In this document: one piece after another, positions 39,522 to 51,549 of the stretch
Position numbering within the stretch: the first letter of the stretch is position 1
Layout: every line of letters begins with the position of its first letter
From: Amphiscolops sp. MND2022
Taxonomy: Eukaryota
Assembly: GCA_964187785.1 (NCBI GenBank)
Contig: OZ076409.1
Span: forward strand, 47,990,001-48,054,000
Direction: 5' to 3'
Length of the DNA: 64,000 nt
Notes under the pieces: generated by a model
The model's database searches: none
Told to the model about the DNA's origin: nothing
Seen by the model: only the letters and a program-made list of their open reading frames with translations
Program-made: the position numbers and the translations under genes

Positions 39522-40860
39522 TGCTAAAATTTACCTGATTGAGCTGTTGACCATTTTGTTAGGCTGCTGATTTAAACAGCGATCGATTTCTCATCACTTA
39601 CAATCTTTCTTTCCCCGGCATCACCAAAAAAGACGACTACTTCGCTAGTAAAAAGTATAGCCAAATACTCTCACCATCATTTCATTTCCCTTATTATTAC
39701 CACGCACAAACATCAAAACACACAAAGCGCCCACCCAGTCCCATGCCGCTAACTGCGCCCTAAAGGTTCACCCAATTAGCATCAACCCCCCACCCGCCTT
39801 CCCGGGAGCCACCCCAAACCCAATCAATTACACTTTTACAGTTAGGCTCTTTCAACCAAAAGAAGACACCGCTAGAGTCCCCAATTAAGTCACATCCCTC
39901 CCCATACCATATTTCAGTCCCCTACCGCGACAACCCCCAATACATTGCGAACGAAGCACATTCAAACATGAAAAATGCAATTACCTTTTCAAGCGATGGA
40001 ATATAAAAGCGAAAAAATTGGCAAATAATGTAAAAACAATGCAAAGACAATTTCTACCGTAAAAAATGAATAATTGCGAACAGATTTGAAATCCTTTTCT
40101 CCAGTATTTATCGCAATTCTGCATTAGCTCCCATCACCTGAGCGTAATCATGACCCATATATATTTTTTGGACATAATCCTCAAAGATATCTCGAAGTGT
40201 CCATTTGCAACCAGATATCTTCCTTTATGCGAGGATGATGAAAAAGCGGGAAGAGCTAATCCATTGATTATGCACGGCTAATTGACAATTTAGACCAAAA
40301 TCAAAGTCCACCCGTAAGCGGTTTGCTGAAGAACGTCAACTTCAGACACATGAAAAGAGAGAGAGCCCAAATCTAATTTCAAGTTCCAAATCAACAGGAC
40401 AGTCACGCATGCATCTATTTTCATACGTCATTAGGGTTGATTTGAAATTTCATCCCTGCCTTGTGCAGTTACTGCTTTTTCCAACGACTACAGTAAGTTT
40501 TTCAACGAGAATATTCGATTCTTCGCCATTTTTCGAAAATAGTTTTCCAAAAACTACGAAATTAGGCATCAAAATAACTTGTCACAATCAGTTGACTTAT
40601 TCTGTTACTATCCGTTCTCATTGAAAGTGGAAAGTTTTCTGCGACCAGCTCTTCTTTTAAAATTTGTTTCTCCATTAATGTAAAACCACCCTGTGTAAAA
40701 GCCCTTCGACATTTTAGCAGATTCACTTTTTTCGTCACCCGTCACTTGATTAAATTTCACAATTACGGATTCAAATTCATATTCATTTCAAGTTGAAGTT
40801 AGAAAACTTCAGAATGAATTGCCACAATTTTTATTCAGGCACTTTTTCTTGAAAACATCA

Positions 40861-43800
40861 GTTAGATGTATAGAAGTCATAGCAAGTTTCGAAGCTAAAA
40901 ACAAGTTTCTCAATAAGTATTAACAACTTCTCCAGTTAGAACAAGTCACGCATTTTTGTATTTCAACGGGAGATAATCATTAACTTCTGATGTTTATTTT
41001 GTAAATCACTTTTGTGTTAACTTCTCTGAATACAGTTGAATTGATACTACCAACTCTTCATCTCACTCAGCCTCAAAAGTCAAGAGGTTATGCGGCCTTA
41101 TCCAATCATCTGAAACTAAGGTTGCTGTCAGCTTTCGATCAGAAGTCACTTGCTAAAGATAGACTGAAAAATGAAGCGAATGATGGCAAGGAGAAGCGAG
41201 AAGTGAGAAGTCAAGCAGAACGAAACCATCTTTTTTTCCAATGAACCACTACGCCATGCAGTCTGAAGTCAACTTTCAGAGATGAGAAGCGAGTGAATTT
41301 TTTAAAAAATCAGACTCAAATTTTCTTGATGCTTTTGTAAATTTTCTTGCTGTTTTTCCTAGGATGAGTAGAGTTGAGTTTGAAGTTGAGTGAGAGTACA
41401 CATAGGTTAAACAATGTTTTGAAAAATTTTCTCGGAAGATTCCAAAAACACCAGTGAAATATATCTGGGCTTGATAAAAAATCTTGGAGACAATTTTTCT
41501 GACAAACTTTTCGATAGCAAGTCTTTGTTTAAGTTGATTTCCAACGCGCACGTCGCTATGTACTGCATAGCATGACGGGAAGTAAGAAATTTTCTGAGAT
41601 TAGTTTTTGTTTCAAAACGCCTCTCTTTCGAGGTTTTTGTAAGTAAGTTGTTTTTGCGATCCAGAGATACGTTGTTTTATGTAAATCGTTCAAAGATACA
41701 TTCTCACGAGGTCAAGGAGCACAAGTTCAGGTTCACAAGGCTTAGCGTTTTGAGTGTCTTCGTTAAGTTACACAACTCAGACATAAAATGACAAACCACC
41801 GTACTGTAGAGTCTAACTTAGAAACGTTGTTGTTTTCAAGAAAAGACGAGGACTTAAAACATTTTGCTGAACGTTTTGATGCTCAGCTTCATTTTTTAAA
41901 ATCGAGGACAGTCCTTCTTGATCGAGAGAGTTTGCCTGAGGAAACAGATGCTAATGTCGCTGGTGAGCAAAACAAGTTGAAAGAAAAACGGCTCGCAGTT
42001 TGGTGTGAACTGGTGCAATCTCTAGATAGAAAATCATTGAGTTTGGTAAAAACAGCGAATCTTAACGCCACTCTGGCTTGGAAATTATTTCAACACTGTT
42101 TCAAAAGTCGTGAACGTCCTCGTATCCTTCAACTTTTGAATAAGTTAACGAACCTTAGAATGAACTCATAAGAAAGTACGCGTGATTATTTGATGAGAGC
42201 TGAAGAACTTCAACTTAGACTAACCGATGTTGGAGAGAATGTTAGTGATCAAATGCTATCTTCGGTAGTCCTAAAGGGTTTGCCGAACAGTTTTGCAAGT
42301 TTCGTAACTGTCTTCAAGTTTTCGCATGAAGCTGAAACATTAGCTGATCTAAAACGAGATCTTTTGAATTTCGATAGTGATAGTTGCCGAAGTCAAACCA
42401 ACCAAGGAAGAAGTTCACATTTCACTAAAGACGTGAAATGCTTCAATTGTGGTAAAATTGGCCACCGACAAAATGAATTGCAGAGCAAAATTGTCTGTCA
42501 TAGTGTGTTACAAATGTGGTGAAAAGACCTCAAGGCGAATGAGTGCCTTAAAAAGAAAAATAGGTCGAAACAGCAGCGCCGCGTGAGGCGGCTCAAAACA
42601 AAACTTTTTAACGAAGCGAAATGACAGTAATCTAACATCTGAAAAACAAGGTATTTCTTTTCATACTAGCCAAGCACTTTCGACGGGTAAGAACATAGAA
42701 CTTCTGATAGACAGTGGCTGCACGTGTCACATGATAAAGGACGCTGAATTGTTCAGCGACTTAGACGTTTCGAAAATGGGTAAAGTTCAATGTGCGAACG
42801 GAACAGAATCCAGTTTTCAGGAGAGGATCCGTTCATTTTTTGGCTAAAGACAATCAAGTTCAAGATCAAATCTTGGAACGTGAAGAATCGTTGTACGTTC
42901 CCCAAAACACAAAAAACCCAAATTCGATAAAGAAACTGAGCGAACAAAATGCGAGCGTTCATGCTGATGTAAACCCTCGCATAGTTCAGGATGATAGATG
43001 TTTTCCATTAAAGTGCGAAAATAACTTGTTTTATTTGCAAGTTGACTGTTTGCATGAGCAAAACAATGTCGCGACTGCAAATCTTTAACTATGGCATGAA
43101 AGAATGGCTCACAATAACACCATTGATGTTCGAAATTTGGCAAAGGCTTTCTTCCATAGTAGATAAAAGAGACAAACCTTGCGATGTGTGTAACACAGAA
43201 AAAGCCGAGCGGTTACCGATAAGCCGTCAAGTAGCAACTAGAGCTAAAAAACCTTTAGACATAGTTCACGTGGATATATCGCCTGTGAACACGACGTCGA
43301 TAGATGACTTCAAGTACGCTCTAGGATTCGTTGATAGCTTCAGCAGACTCGGTGCTGTTTATCTACTAAGAAGAGCCGAAGTCGGAACGAAGCTTTTGAG
43401 GTTCAAAGATGAGCTTGGAAAAAGTCGCAAGGTAGTCACTGATAATGCTAAAGCGTTCGACTTTGGAAATATCGCGGACATTTGCTAACAGCAAGGAATT
43501 CATTAGGAATTTACTTGTGAATACACTGCCGAACAAAACGGTAAAAAAGAACAGTTTTGGGGAACCATGGGGGTGATGGCTAGGTATCTGTTGAAAACAG
43601 CAGGCTTGCCTGAATGTTTTTGATCGTTTGCATACCAAGCAGCTTTCCATATAAAAACCGATGCCTTCAATCTGCTCATGGCACAACACCGTCTGAAAAA
43701 TTATTTGACAAGACACCAGATGTGTCTTTTTCTCGAGTTTTTGGGTGTCAAGCATTCTTGTACTTAGAGAAACCAAAACGAAACAAGTTTGATGTAGAGC

Positions 43801-46085
43801 TTTGGAAGGTTTTTTATTCGACTATAGCAACAATTCTAAGTCATATTTGATCGGATTTTTAATAATAAATTCAACAAGACTAGTTTTCCAGGTAAAACAC
43901 ACTTCGCAAACACTGAAAGTGACAATGATTTTTTCTCCGAACTCAACGAAAACGGGAGTGGAATAGAGATGCAAAACACAGAATCAGTCGGAGATACAAA
44001 CTTTATCAGCGATGTGATTGAGTTGAAAAACGGTGATTTAGGCGGTAATCCAGAAACGTTGGTCACCGAAAGGTCAAACGAAAAAATAACACATATTCCT
44101 TCGCATAGTTTGACTGTGCATACTACGACTAGATACGGACGAAAAGTTAAGTCGCCGAACAGATTTACCCCAGGTACGAGCAGCAACTTGTCTTACAATT
44201 TAGGTTCGTCTGAGTTCGATGAAATTGAAACGCTCGCTTACCATTGAAATTATGTTGATCATGAGTTACCGAAGCGCTTGAAGAAGCGCTCCCTTTGCCA
44301 GAATGATATCGTGTGATGAAAGCGAAATACGATTCTTTACAAAGAAATGAAGTGTGGGAGCCTGCTGAATTGCCCGAAAGAAAAAACTTTGTACCAGGTA
44401 AAGAGCATTTTGCATTTAAGCGAAAAATAAATAGAAAACATTAAGCACAAAGCAAGATACGTAGCTAGAGGATTCAAACAAAGACAAGATGTTGACTACG
44501 ATCAAACATATAGTCCGACTGTGAAAATGGTAACACTTCGAGTTTTGCTGAGTTTGGCAGTTCAGAAAGAAATGAAGTTGAAACAGTTAGACATAAAAAC
44601 CGCTTACTTGAACGCAGGTATAGAGGAAGAATTTTTTGTAGATCAGCCACCAGGTCCCGTTGAGAAAAATGCCAACGGCAAAAGCTATGTTTGTAGATTG
44701 AAAAATCACTTTATGGATTGAAGCAATCCGGTCACAGTTGGTTCAATACACTTAGAGATTTCTGCTTAGCTCACAGTTCAAGCCGAGCATAAGTGATCCC
44801 TAATGGTTCTTGAGGGAACGAAACGGTCATAAGGACTTTGTAGCAAGTTGGGTAGATGATTTAGTCTACTGTAGTGACAATAGTAACTATTACGAAACGT
44901 TTGAGAAAACACTGAGTAAAAAGTTTTTTTTCAATGAAGTAGATGACTTGAACTGGTTCTTGGGAATGCAAATTAGACATGAAAAAGGCAGACTAGAAAA
45001 ATCCCAAGAAAATACATCAAAAATTTCCTTGAAACCTTGGAAAGAAGGATGCCAAAGGACTTTTCACGCCTGTTGCTGAAAAGCAACAAATCAACAGGTC
45101 AGACTCTCCGGACGAAGGCAGCCAAGAACAAAAGGAGATGAAAAAGTGTAATTTTCGTGGGTTGATTGGTTGCTTGAATTACTTAGCGAACACGACGACA
45201 CCTGATATAACTTTCGCTGTGAGAGCCTTAAGTCGTTACGTTCAAAATCCAGGCCGAAAACATTGGTAACTAGGAAAACACATCTTGAGGTATCTAAAGG
45301 CAACAAAGTGTAGGAAACTGACGTATAGAAAATCCGAAAAACTTGAGCTCACAGGTTTCAAAGATGCTGATTGGGTAGGAAAGTTAGATGATAAAACGTC
45401 CATCAGTGGCCTTCGCTTCTTTCTAAACCCAGAATCAGGAGCTGTTAGTTGGAATTCTAAGTTACAGACAACGGTAGAGACTTCAACAGCTGAGCTGCTG
45501 AGACGGAAGCAATGTCGTTTATTTGCAGCTTCTCAATAACTTGAGTTTCTACGAGGACTAGCAAATGAGATAGGCATAGATACGGAAAAGCCTATTAAGA
45601 TACATGTGGACAATCAGGCTTGTGTCACGACACCCAAAAATGCAGTGAACTTCCAGAAAGTGAAGGATTTTGCAATCCAGTTGAGCTTCATACAACAAAA
45701 GTAGGATTGCGACGTTTGGATGTTGAGTTATGTCCAACCAGTGAAATGATTGCTGATTTGCTAACTAAACCGTTGGCAAATTCAAATTCAAGTTTAAAAT
45801 GTTCAGCAAAAGACTTTCCGGAGAATATAACTTGCAATCGAGCTCCGAAAAGGGGAAGTTTTCAGATATATAGAAGTCATAGCATGTTTCGAAGCCAGAA
45901 ACAACTTTCTCAATATGTAAGAACAACTTCTCCAGTTAGAACAAATCACGCTTTTTAGAATTTCAGCGGGAGATAATCATTAACTTCTGATGTTCATTTT
46001 GTAAATCACTTTTGGGTTAACTTCTCTGAATACAGTTGAATTGATACTACCAACTCATCGTCTCACTCAGCCTCAAAAGTCAAGA
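40861..46085 (+). mobile_element. Full-length decayed Ty1/Copia LTR retrotransposon
   Basis: Two ~225-bp LTRs (40861-41085, 45861-46085; about 19 differences by eye); PBS GGTTATGCGGCC similar to the copia GGTTATGGGCCC; PPT aaaaggggaag before the 3' LTR; TSD not evident. Confidence 0.95.
41788..45790 (+). pseudogene. Copia gag-pol pseudogene (gag, PR, IN, RT, RH order)
   Basis: CFNCGKIGH knuckle, LIDSGCTCHM protease, CDVC...KPLDIVHVDI integrase, KARYVARGF/QLDIKTAYLNA/WVDDL RT, DADW and IADLLTKPL RNase H; many stops and frameshifts. Confidence 0.93.
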
Positions 46086-46946
46086 GTTTTATCATTGAAA
46101 TTGCCCGAAACCACATTTTTTCGCCATACAAATTGCGGATGACCCTCTATCACAGAGTGTTACAAAACTTTAATTTAGAGTGTTACAAAACTGAGTGAAT
46201 GAAGAAATTAAATTTTAAATTTTTTGTATTTACGCACTCTTTTCTTCCAATAAAAAAAGCGGCCAGCAAAAAATTCAGAAGCATTTCGGTCTGTAAGAGT
46301 AGTTAGTAGATGTGATGAATAGTTAAAGTGCGGAAGAAAAAAATTTTTTAAGCTTTGTGGAAGTTAACTGTATTAGTTCGGGCCTAAAACTTTAGAAAAA
46401 AAATTATGTCGTCAGAAAATGAATGGGATTTTGAGTTTAGTGGGGGCACTGACTTTAGCGTTCTAATCTTGTTTACTTTTCGTCTATGTAAAAAACTTTG
46501 CATCAAAAATCTACCATTAAGTGTTCTAGCGATACTGCAGGCGCCAAGATTGTCGCAATGAATACGAACCATAACAAGTGGTCGAATACTGACGAATCGG
46601 CAATCTCTAAGTTTTTCAAAGCCTGAAGTAAAGCTATGAGGTGACAAATCGCGAACTGCATAAGTCGGCACCCAGCCCAAGCCTCATAAACATAAAACGA
46701 GTTTCAAAACTTTAGGAACTGTTTTTGGAATTTTTCAAAATCTCGGTGTCGAAAAAGAAGACGGGAGGCCTAATATGTCTTTTTTTTCAACGGCAAACAT
46801 GAAAAACCCGGCTTGCCTCATTGCAAAGCGAGTCTCGCACACCATAATAAGTAAAAATAAAACAAAACTTAGAAAAGCAAAACAACTTATTCGATGATCA
46901 CTCCCGCAGAATTGGGGATATTAAGTTAAAGAGGTTTTTAAGAGGT

Positions 46947-48873
46947 CCCTAGTTGAAACTGCTTGAAACTTTTACATGATTTTATAGGCTACCAAGCACT
47001 TTTAGCATGATTTTTGGAGTTTCATAGATAATCATTAATGCTAAATATTTCCCTGATGCAATGCTATTTCTTCAAGTATTTATTAGGATTTCTATACAAT
47101 TTGGCGGGTTTTCAGAGCAACATCAAGGAAGTTCAAGAAAAATTTCCCGCGAACTTTTGCATGTTTCTGCGGGCAAAACCTCAAATTTTATGAGTGCTGA
47201 CGCTAACATATGATGTAAACAAATTTTTTCGTGTGCCAGTGTGGCAAACAAATTCGACGAAAAAATTGTTTTTTGCATGCAAACTGTTGAAATACGCAAT
47301 ATTAATTACTTTCCGCTTTTGGAAAACCCAAAAAAAATCGATTCCGAAGTTCCTTAAGGTTTTTTTGAGGGACTACTTCAAGAGCGGAATATTAAAATCA
47401 GCCGTTTTGATTAGATGAAATTTGAATTTTCAATTTTTTCAACACCCAAGATGTTGGAAAAACTTGTAAAACTGGAAAACAAGAATAACTATAGGTTTTT
47501 TTGAGCATTTTCGTTTGAATTTTTTGCAAAAAAAATGAAAATTTTGATCAGATTGATCAGAAAAGTTGAACATGATTTTCGAAAAAAAATTCGAATTCGA
47601 GGTAAAAACTTGAAATTCTGGAAAAGTCCGTCAGATCTTAATCCGTTAGATCTTAGGCGCAACATGCTTCAGTTAGATCTTATTCCTTTAGATCTTATTC
47701 CGATTTGGTGTCTTAGAGCTCAGGCGTTAGATCTATAAGGATATTTTAGAAAAAAAAATATTTGTTTTTGCAGTTTTGGAACTCCAGTTTTTTACTGATG
47801 CTTCGCAACAATCTGATTTACATAGTTTCCTGTTTTAGCCTATCACTTCAAACTGCTAGCGATTGTGTGGAAGCTGTTAACGAGACTTGCATGAAAGTTC
47901 CTCGATTTCCGCCGGGATCTGTTTTCGACATTGGAGGAGTTAAGAAATGTTGCTTCCCAATTGCAAAACCTTGTTTGCCATACCTTTGAATTGCTTCTTA
48001 ATTTTGAAGTTGTATTTCCTTATTCATCATCCTAATTCAGATTCATTTTTTGTTTTTTTTTTTCAAATCGCCATTAGTAGAGGTTCCAGCTTTCCAGACA
48101 ACTTTAGAGAAAAATCATTATTTCTATCCTAGTTACAATGTTGAAGTTTTTAAAAGTGTTTTTACGCTTGCGCTGACGTTCGCGAAAAAAAATAATGCAG
48201 GGACTTTTTTGGAAAAATTTTGTAAGTTGCAGCGACTTTTTTTCAAAGCGCAGTGAAATGCCAGGTTTTTCCATGCTGCAGTCTGTTTTTACAAGTTTTT
48301 TCTCGCGCGCAGTCTGAATTTTTTATGTTTTATAAAACAAGACGTGAACGTCTCAAGTCGGCGCTATATCTAAGGCTCAAAAAGCGCAAAACATTTTTTT
48401 TTGGAAAAAAACTTGAAATTTTCGAAAAAAAATTTCTTTCGGAAAATGTCGCACAGTGCCGAAAAATGTAAAAGGGGGACCCTTTTTGATTTATAAACAC
48501 GCATTCTGTAGCAAAATAACAAAAAACTCAAAAGGGGGACCCTTTGGGGACATTAAAAAAATTTCGAAAAAAAGTCGCACACTGCCGAAAAAAAATCGAA
48601 AGGGGGGACCCTTTAGTCCCGTCCGGGCTTGTAGGTAACGTTTAAAAAGTAAAAAAACCAAAGGGGGGATCCTTTGGAATAATTTACATGCGTTTCCCTG
48701 GTATTTAGTTTCCTTCAGTTGAACGTTAACGTTCGTCGCTTCGAGTGTGTCTTAAATAAAAAAAAACGAGTGACTGTAATAGTCGGGCTCTTTTCTTAAG
48801 AAAAGCGCCGACTAAAAATTACACTGCGTGCATGCCTGCAACATGTAAAAAGTCACTGCAGTTACAACTAGGG
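46947..48873. mobile_element. CCC...GGG TIR element with 2-bp GT TSD (CMC/EnSpm-like), containing nested insertions
   Basis: gt|ccctagttgaaactgc ... gcagttacaactaggg|gt (16-bp TIR, 1 mismatch). Confidence 0.75.
48336..48818 (-). mobile_element. Helentron-associated (DINE-1/HINE-like) non-autonomous element
   Basis: Sub-TIRs agtcggcgct / agcgccgact, terminal stem-loop tagtcgggctcttttc-ttaa-gaaaagcgccgacta, ...cgtcttgtt end, A/T-run flanks and no TSD; fragments at ~8320, 20876, 24388, 31720-31925, 34370, 49078. Confidence 0.7.
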
Positions 48874-49447
48874 GTTAGGAAAAATTCAATGAGGACTCGT
48901 TTGTGAAAATAATTCGAATAAAAAAATTTAAACAACTTTTGTAGGCCAAATGAAAACGTCAAAAAGAGGACTTTTTATATTCCTTTGGTTTTCTTTGTCT
49001 TAGACTGATAGTAGATTTTTTAGTAGATCTTTCATGGTCATTTCGACAGGATTGGAGAAAAAAAACAAACAAAAAGCCACTATAATACTTGCATTTTATT
49101 CTATAAAGCTCCAATTACAAATTTAGCCAAACTACTTTCGTGACTGCGCATGTAAAAAAACCAAACCAATAAAGAGACAAAAACTTGAAAAAATGAAAAA
49201 AAAAATGCGAGAGTCTTTGGCGAATCAAAGTTATTTTTCAAAAATTTGCACAGGGTCGAAAAAATCCAAAGTGGTGCCGTTTCATCTTGTTTAGTTTTTC
49301 AAACTAAAAGAAATTTGTAGACCAGCGAGGGATTCCAATTCCTACTACACAGCTTCGCACGTTAACCATTTGGCCACGCGTCGTAAATCCAGTTTCGAAA
49401 TTGTTAATAGAAGAGGACGTTGCGCGATGAGCTCAAGAAAAAAACTA

Positions 49448-50491
49448 CCCGGGTTGACCCTCTTACTGCATCTTGGCTGTCTTGGCAAGATCTTGCCAAA
49501 TTCTTACTACATCTTGGCAACCATGGATCCCATGGCAAGATTTTTATTAAGATCTTACTAAGATAATACTTATTCCAAGATCGTATCTTATCACGATGGA
49601 CAAAATTTTAAGATTATAAAAAAACACTATACCTTCGGTACAAGCAGCCGAGACTCAATCTAAAGGCTTATTTCACCCAACTACGACTATTTCTACTCGT
49701 TTTCATAATCAAAATGCTTAAACCTGCTGAAAAAATTTTGCATGCAAAAATGCGTGAAAAATTACGATAACGTAGTCTGGTTTCCAAAATTTTGACGAGA
49801 ATCCTAATAACTGCTCACCTGTTTAGGACTGAGAAATGCGAATGTACCAAAGGAAAGGTCATTTCAAGGGCTTTCCAAAACTTGTAATTTATCACTACTG
49901 TCGATTCCAGAGGCGGCGAAATATGCTCTCAAACGTCCAGACCCACTATCGGAAAGTTAGAAAGGAAAGACCTTAAAATCCTGAACTTTTTGTGAAAGTC
50001 ATATTTCCAGATAGCCTGTTTCTTTGAGCCTGTTTCAGCAGCCTTATTACTGCTAGAAACGGCGGTCATTGCTCTAATTTGGGTAATGATTCAGCCCAAG
50101 GCTTTTCTGACGCCGTTGTTGGCGACAGTTTTGCAATTGAAAGAACAATATCGATATCGAAATGGTTGTAAAAATCATTCAGAAATTTTGTTTTGAATGA
50201 TGTCTAGATTATTTTTCCATAACTCCTAATTTAATGGTTATTTGATTTTACTTTTTCTCGATATCGAGCAGTTCGTAGCAATTTTTTTCTTGCCACATTC
50301 GGCTTCTTAGTTAGATTTTTCTTGCCATATTGGGCTTCTTAGTAAGATTTTTCTTGGAAACATGGCTCTCTTGATAAGATCTTACCATGGCATCTTGCAA
50401 TTCTTGGCAATATCTTGTCACGATCTTAGCTAAGATTGTTCCAAGATCTTGCCAAGATCTTACTAAGATATCCATGGAGGGTCGACCCGGG
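49448..50491. mobile_element. MITE, CCC...GGG termini, TA TSD
   Basis: ta|cccgggttgaccctc ... gagggtcgacccggg|ta; subterminal AAGATCTT(G/A) repeats in both arms. Confidence 0.88.
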
Positions 50492-51549
50492 TAGTCCTCA
50501 GAAGAGCCTAGTTAAAAAAAAACAGCGTCGACAAGATGTACTGAAAATTCTGAAGGTTTCAACATCCAATTGCCAATCCTGGTAAAATTTCAGTGGTAAA
50601 AACAGCTGTGGTTAGCAATGATCAAGGAAACAATGATTCTCTATTATACTGTGGGAACAATCGTACATGCAGTCCAAACTCTGAACTGAAGGAATCAAAT
50701 TAAGAAAAATCAAAATACGCCTGCAAACATTTTAAATTCGACTAGCAAACGTATGGATCATTTCATCAATATCAAAAAACCACAGCAAAACGTCACTGTA
50801 ATTAGGTCAACAGATCAAAGTCAACCATAAAAAAGACAAACATGAATTAGGAAAATTGAAAAAAAACGAATTCGACTGCTACGGAATCAATACGAGTAAC
50901 CAGAAACTTGTGGAAAGCGAGCATCACTGATTAGAGGAATGATTTCGAAAAGTAATTTTTACTGATGTCAAAAAATTTTGAATCAAAACATTCCAGCGTT
51001 CTCAGCATATTCGGGGGCAAATATTTGGCAGATAGGTTTAGAAAAAATCCAATCCAAAACTTTGATAAAGTCCTAAGGTGATTAAACTTGTCGAAATTTA
51101 CAATTTACAATAATTTTGGTGGCAGGGACTCGGAACAAACCCAAAGAAGTTCTCTGAGCTGTCAAGTTTTTGTTTTTGTGACAGTTTTATAAAAAATTGC
51201 ATTTGAGTTTTTCTATTTTAAGCAATGAAGTCGCAATTTTAGGCAACCACAACACAACTATAAATGGTTCGATACTGGTTTGTTTCAGCTCCGCAGATAT
51301 TAGCGCTGGAGGACAAGTAACTTTCACTCTTCTACTCATGACAATTTTAGCCTACACTTATGCTAATTTCACAGGTTCTTTTGGAAGTCATTTCTCACCA
51401 AAACTAAACATATTGAATTCCATTCTGAAGTTGATTCGTCAATATTTGTATGTAATTTTTGACTCATCATTATGGTTGTCGTAAGTTGAATCAATAAAAA
51501 TATCTCCATTTTCCAAAAGCTCCTGCTCTTCAAGTATGAATTTATAAAA

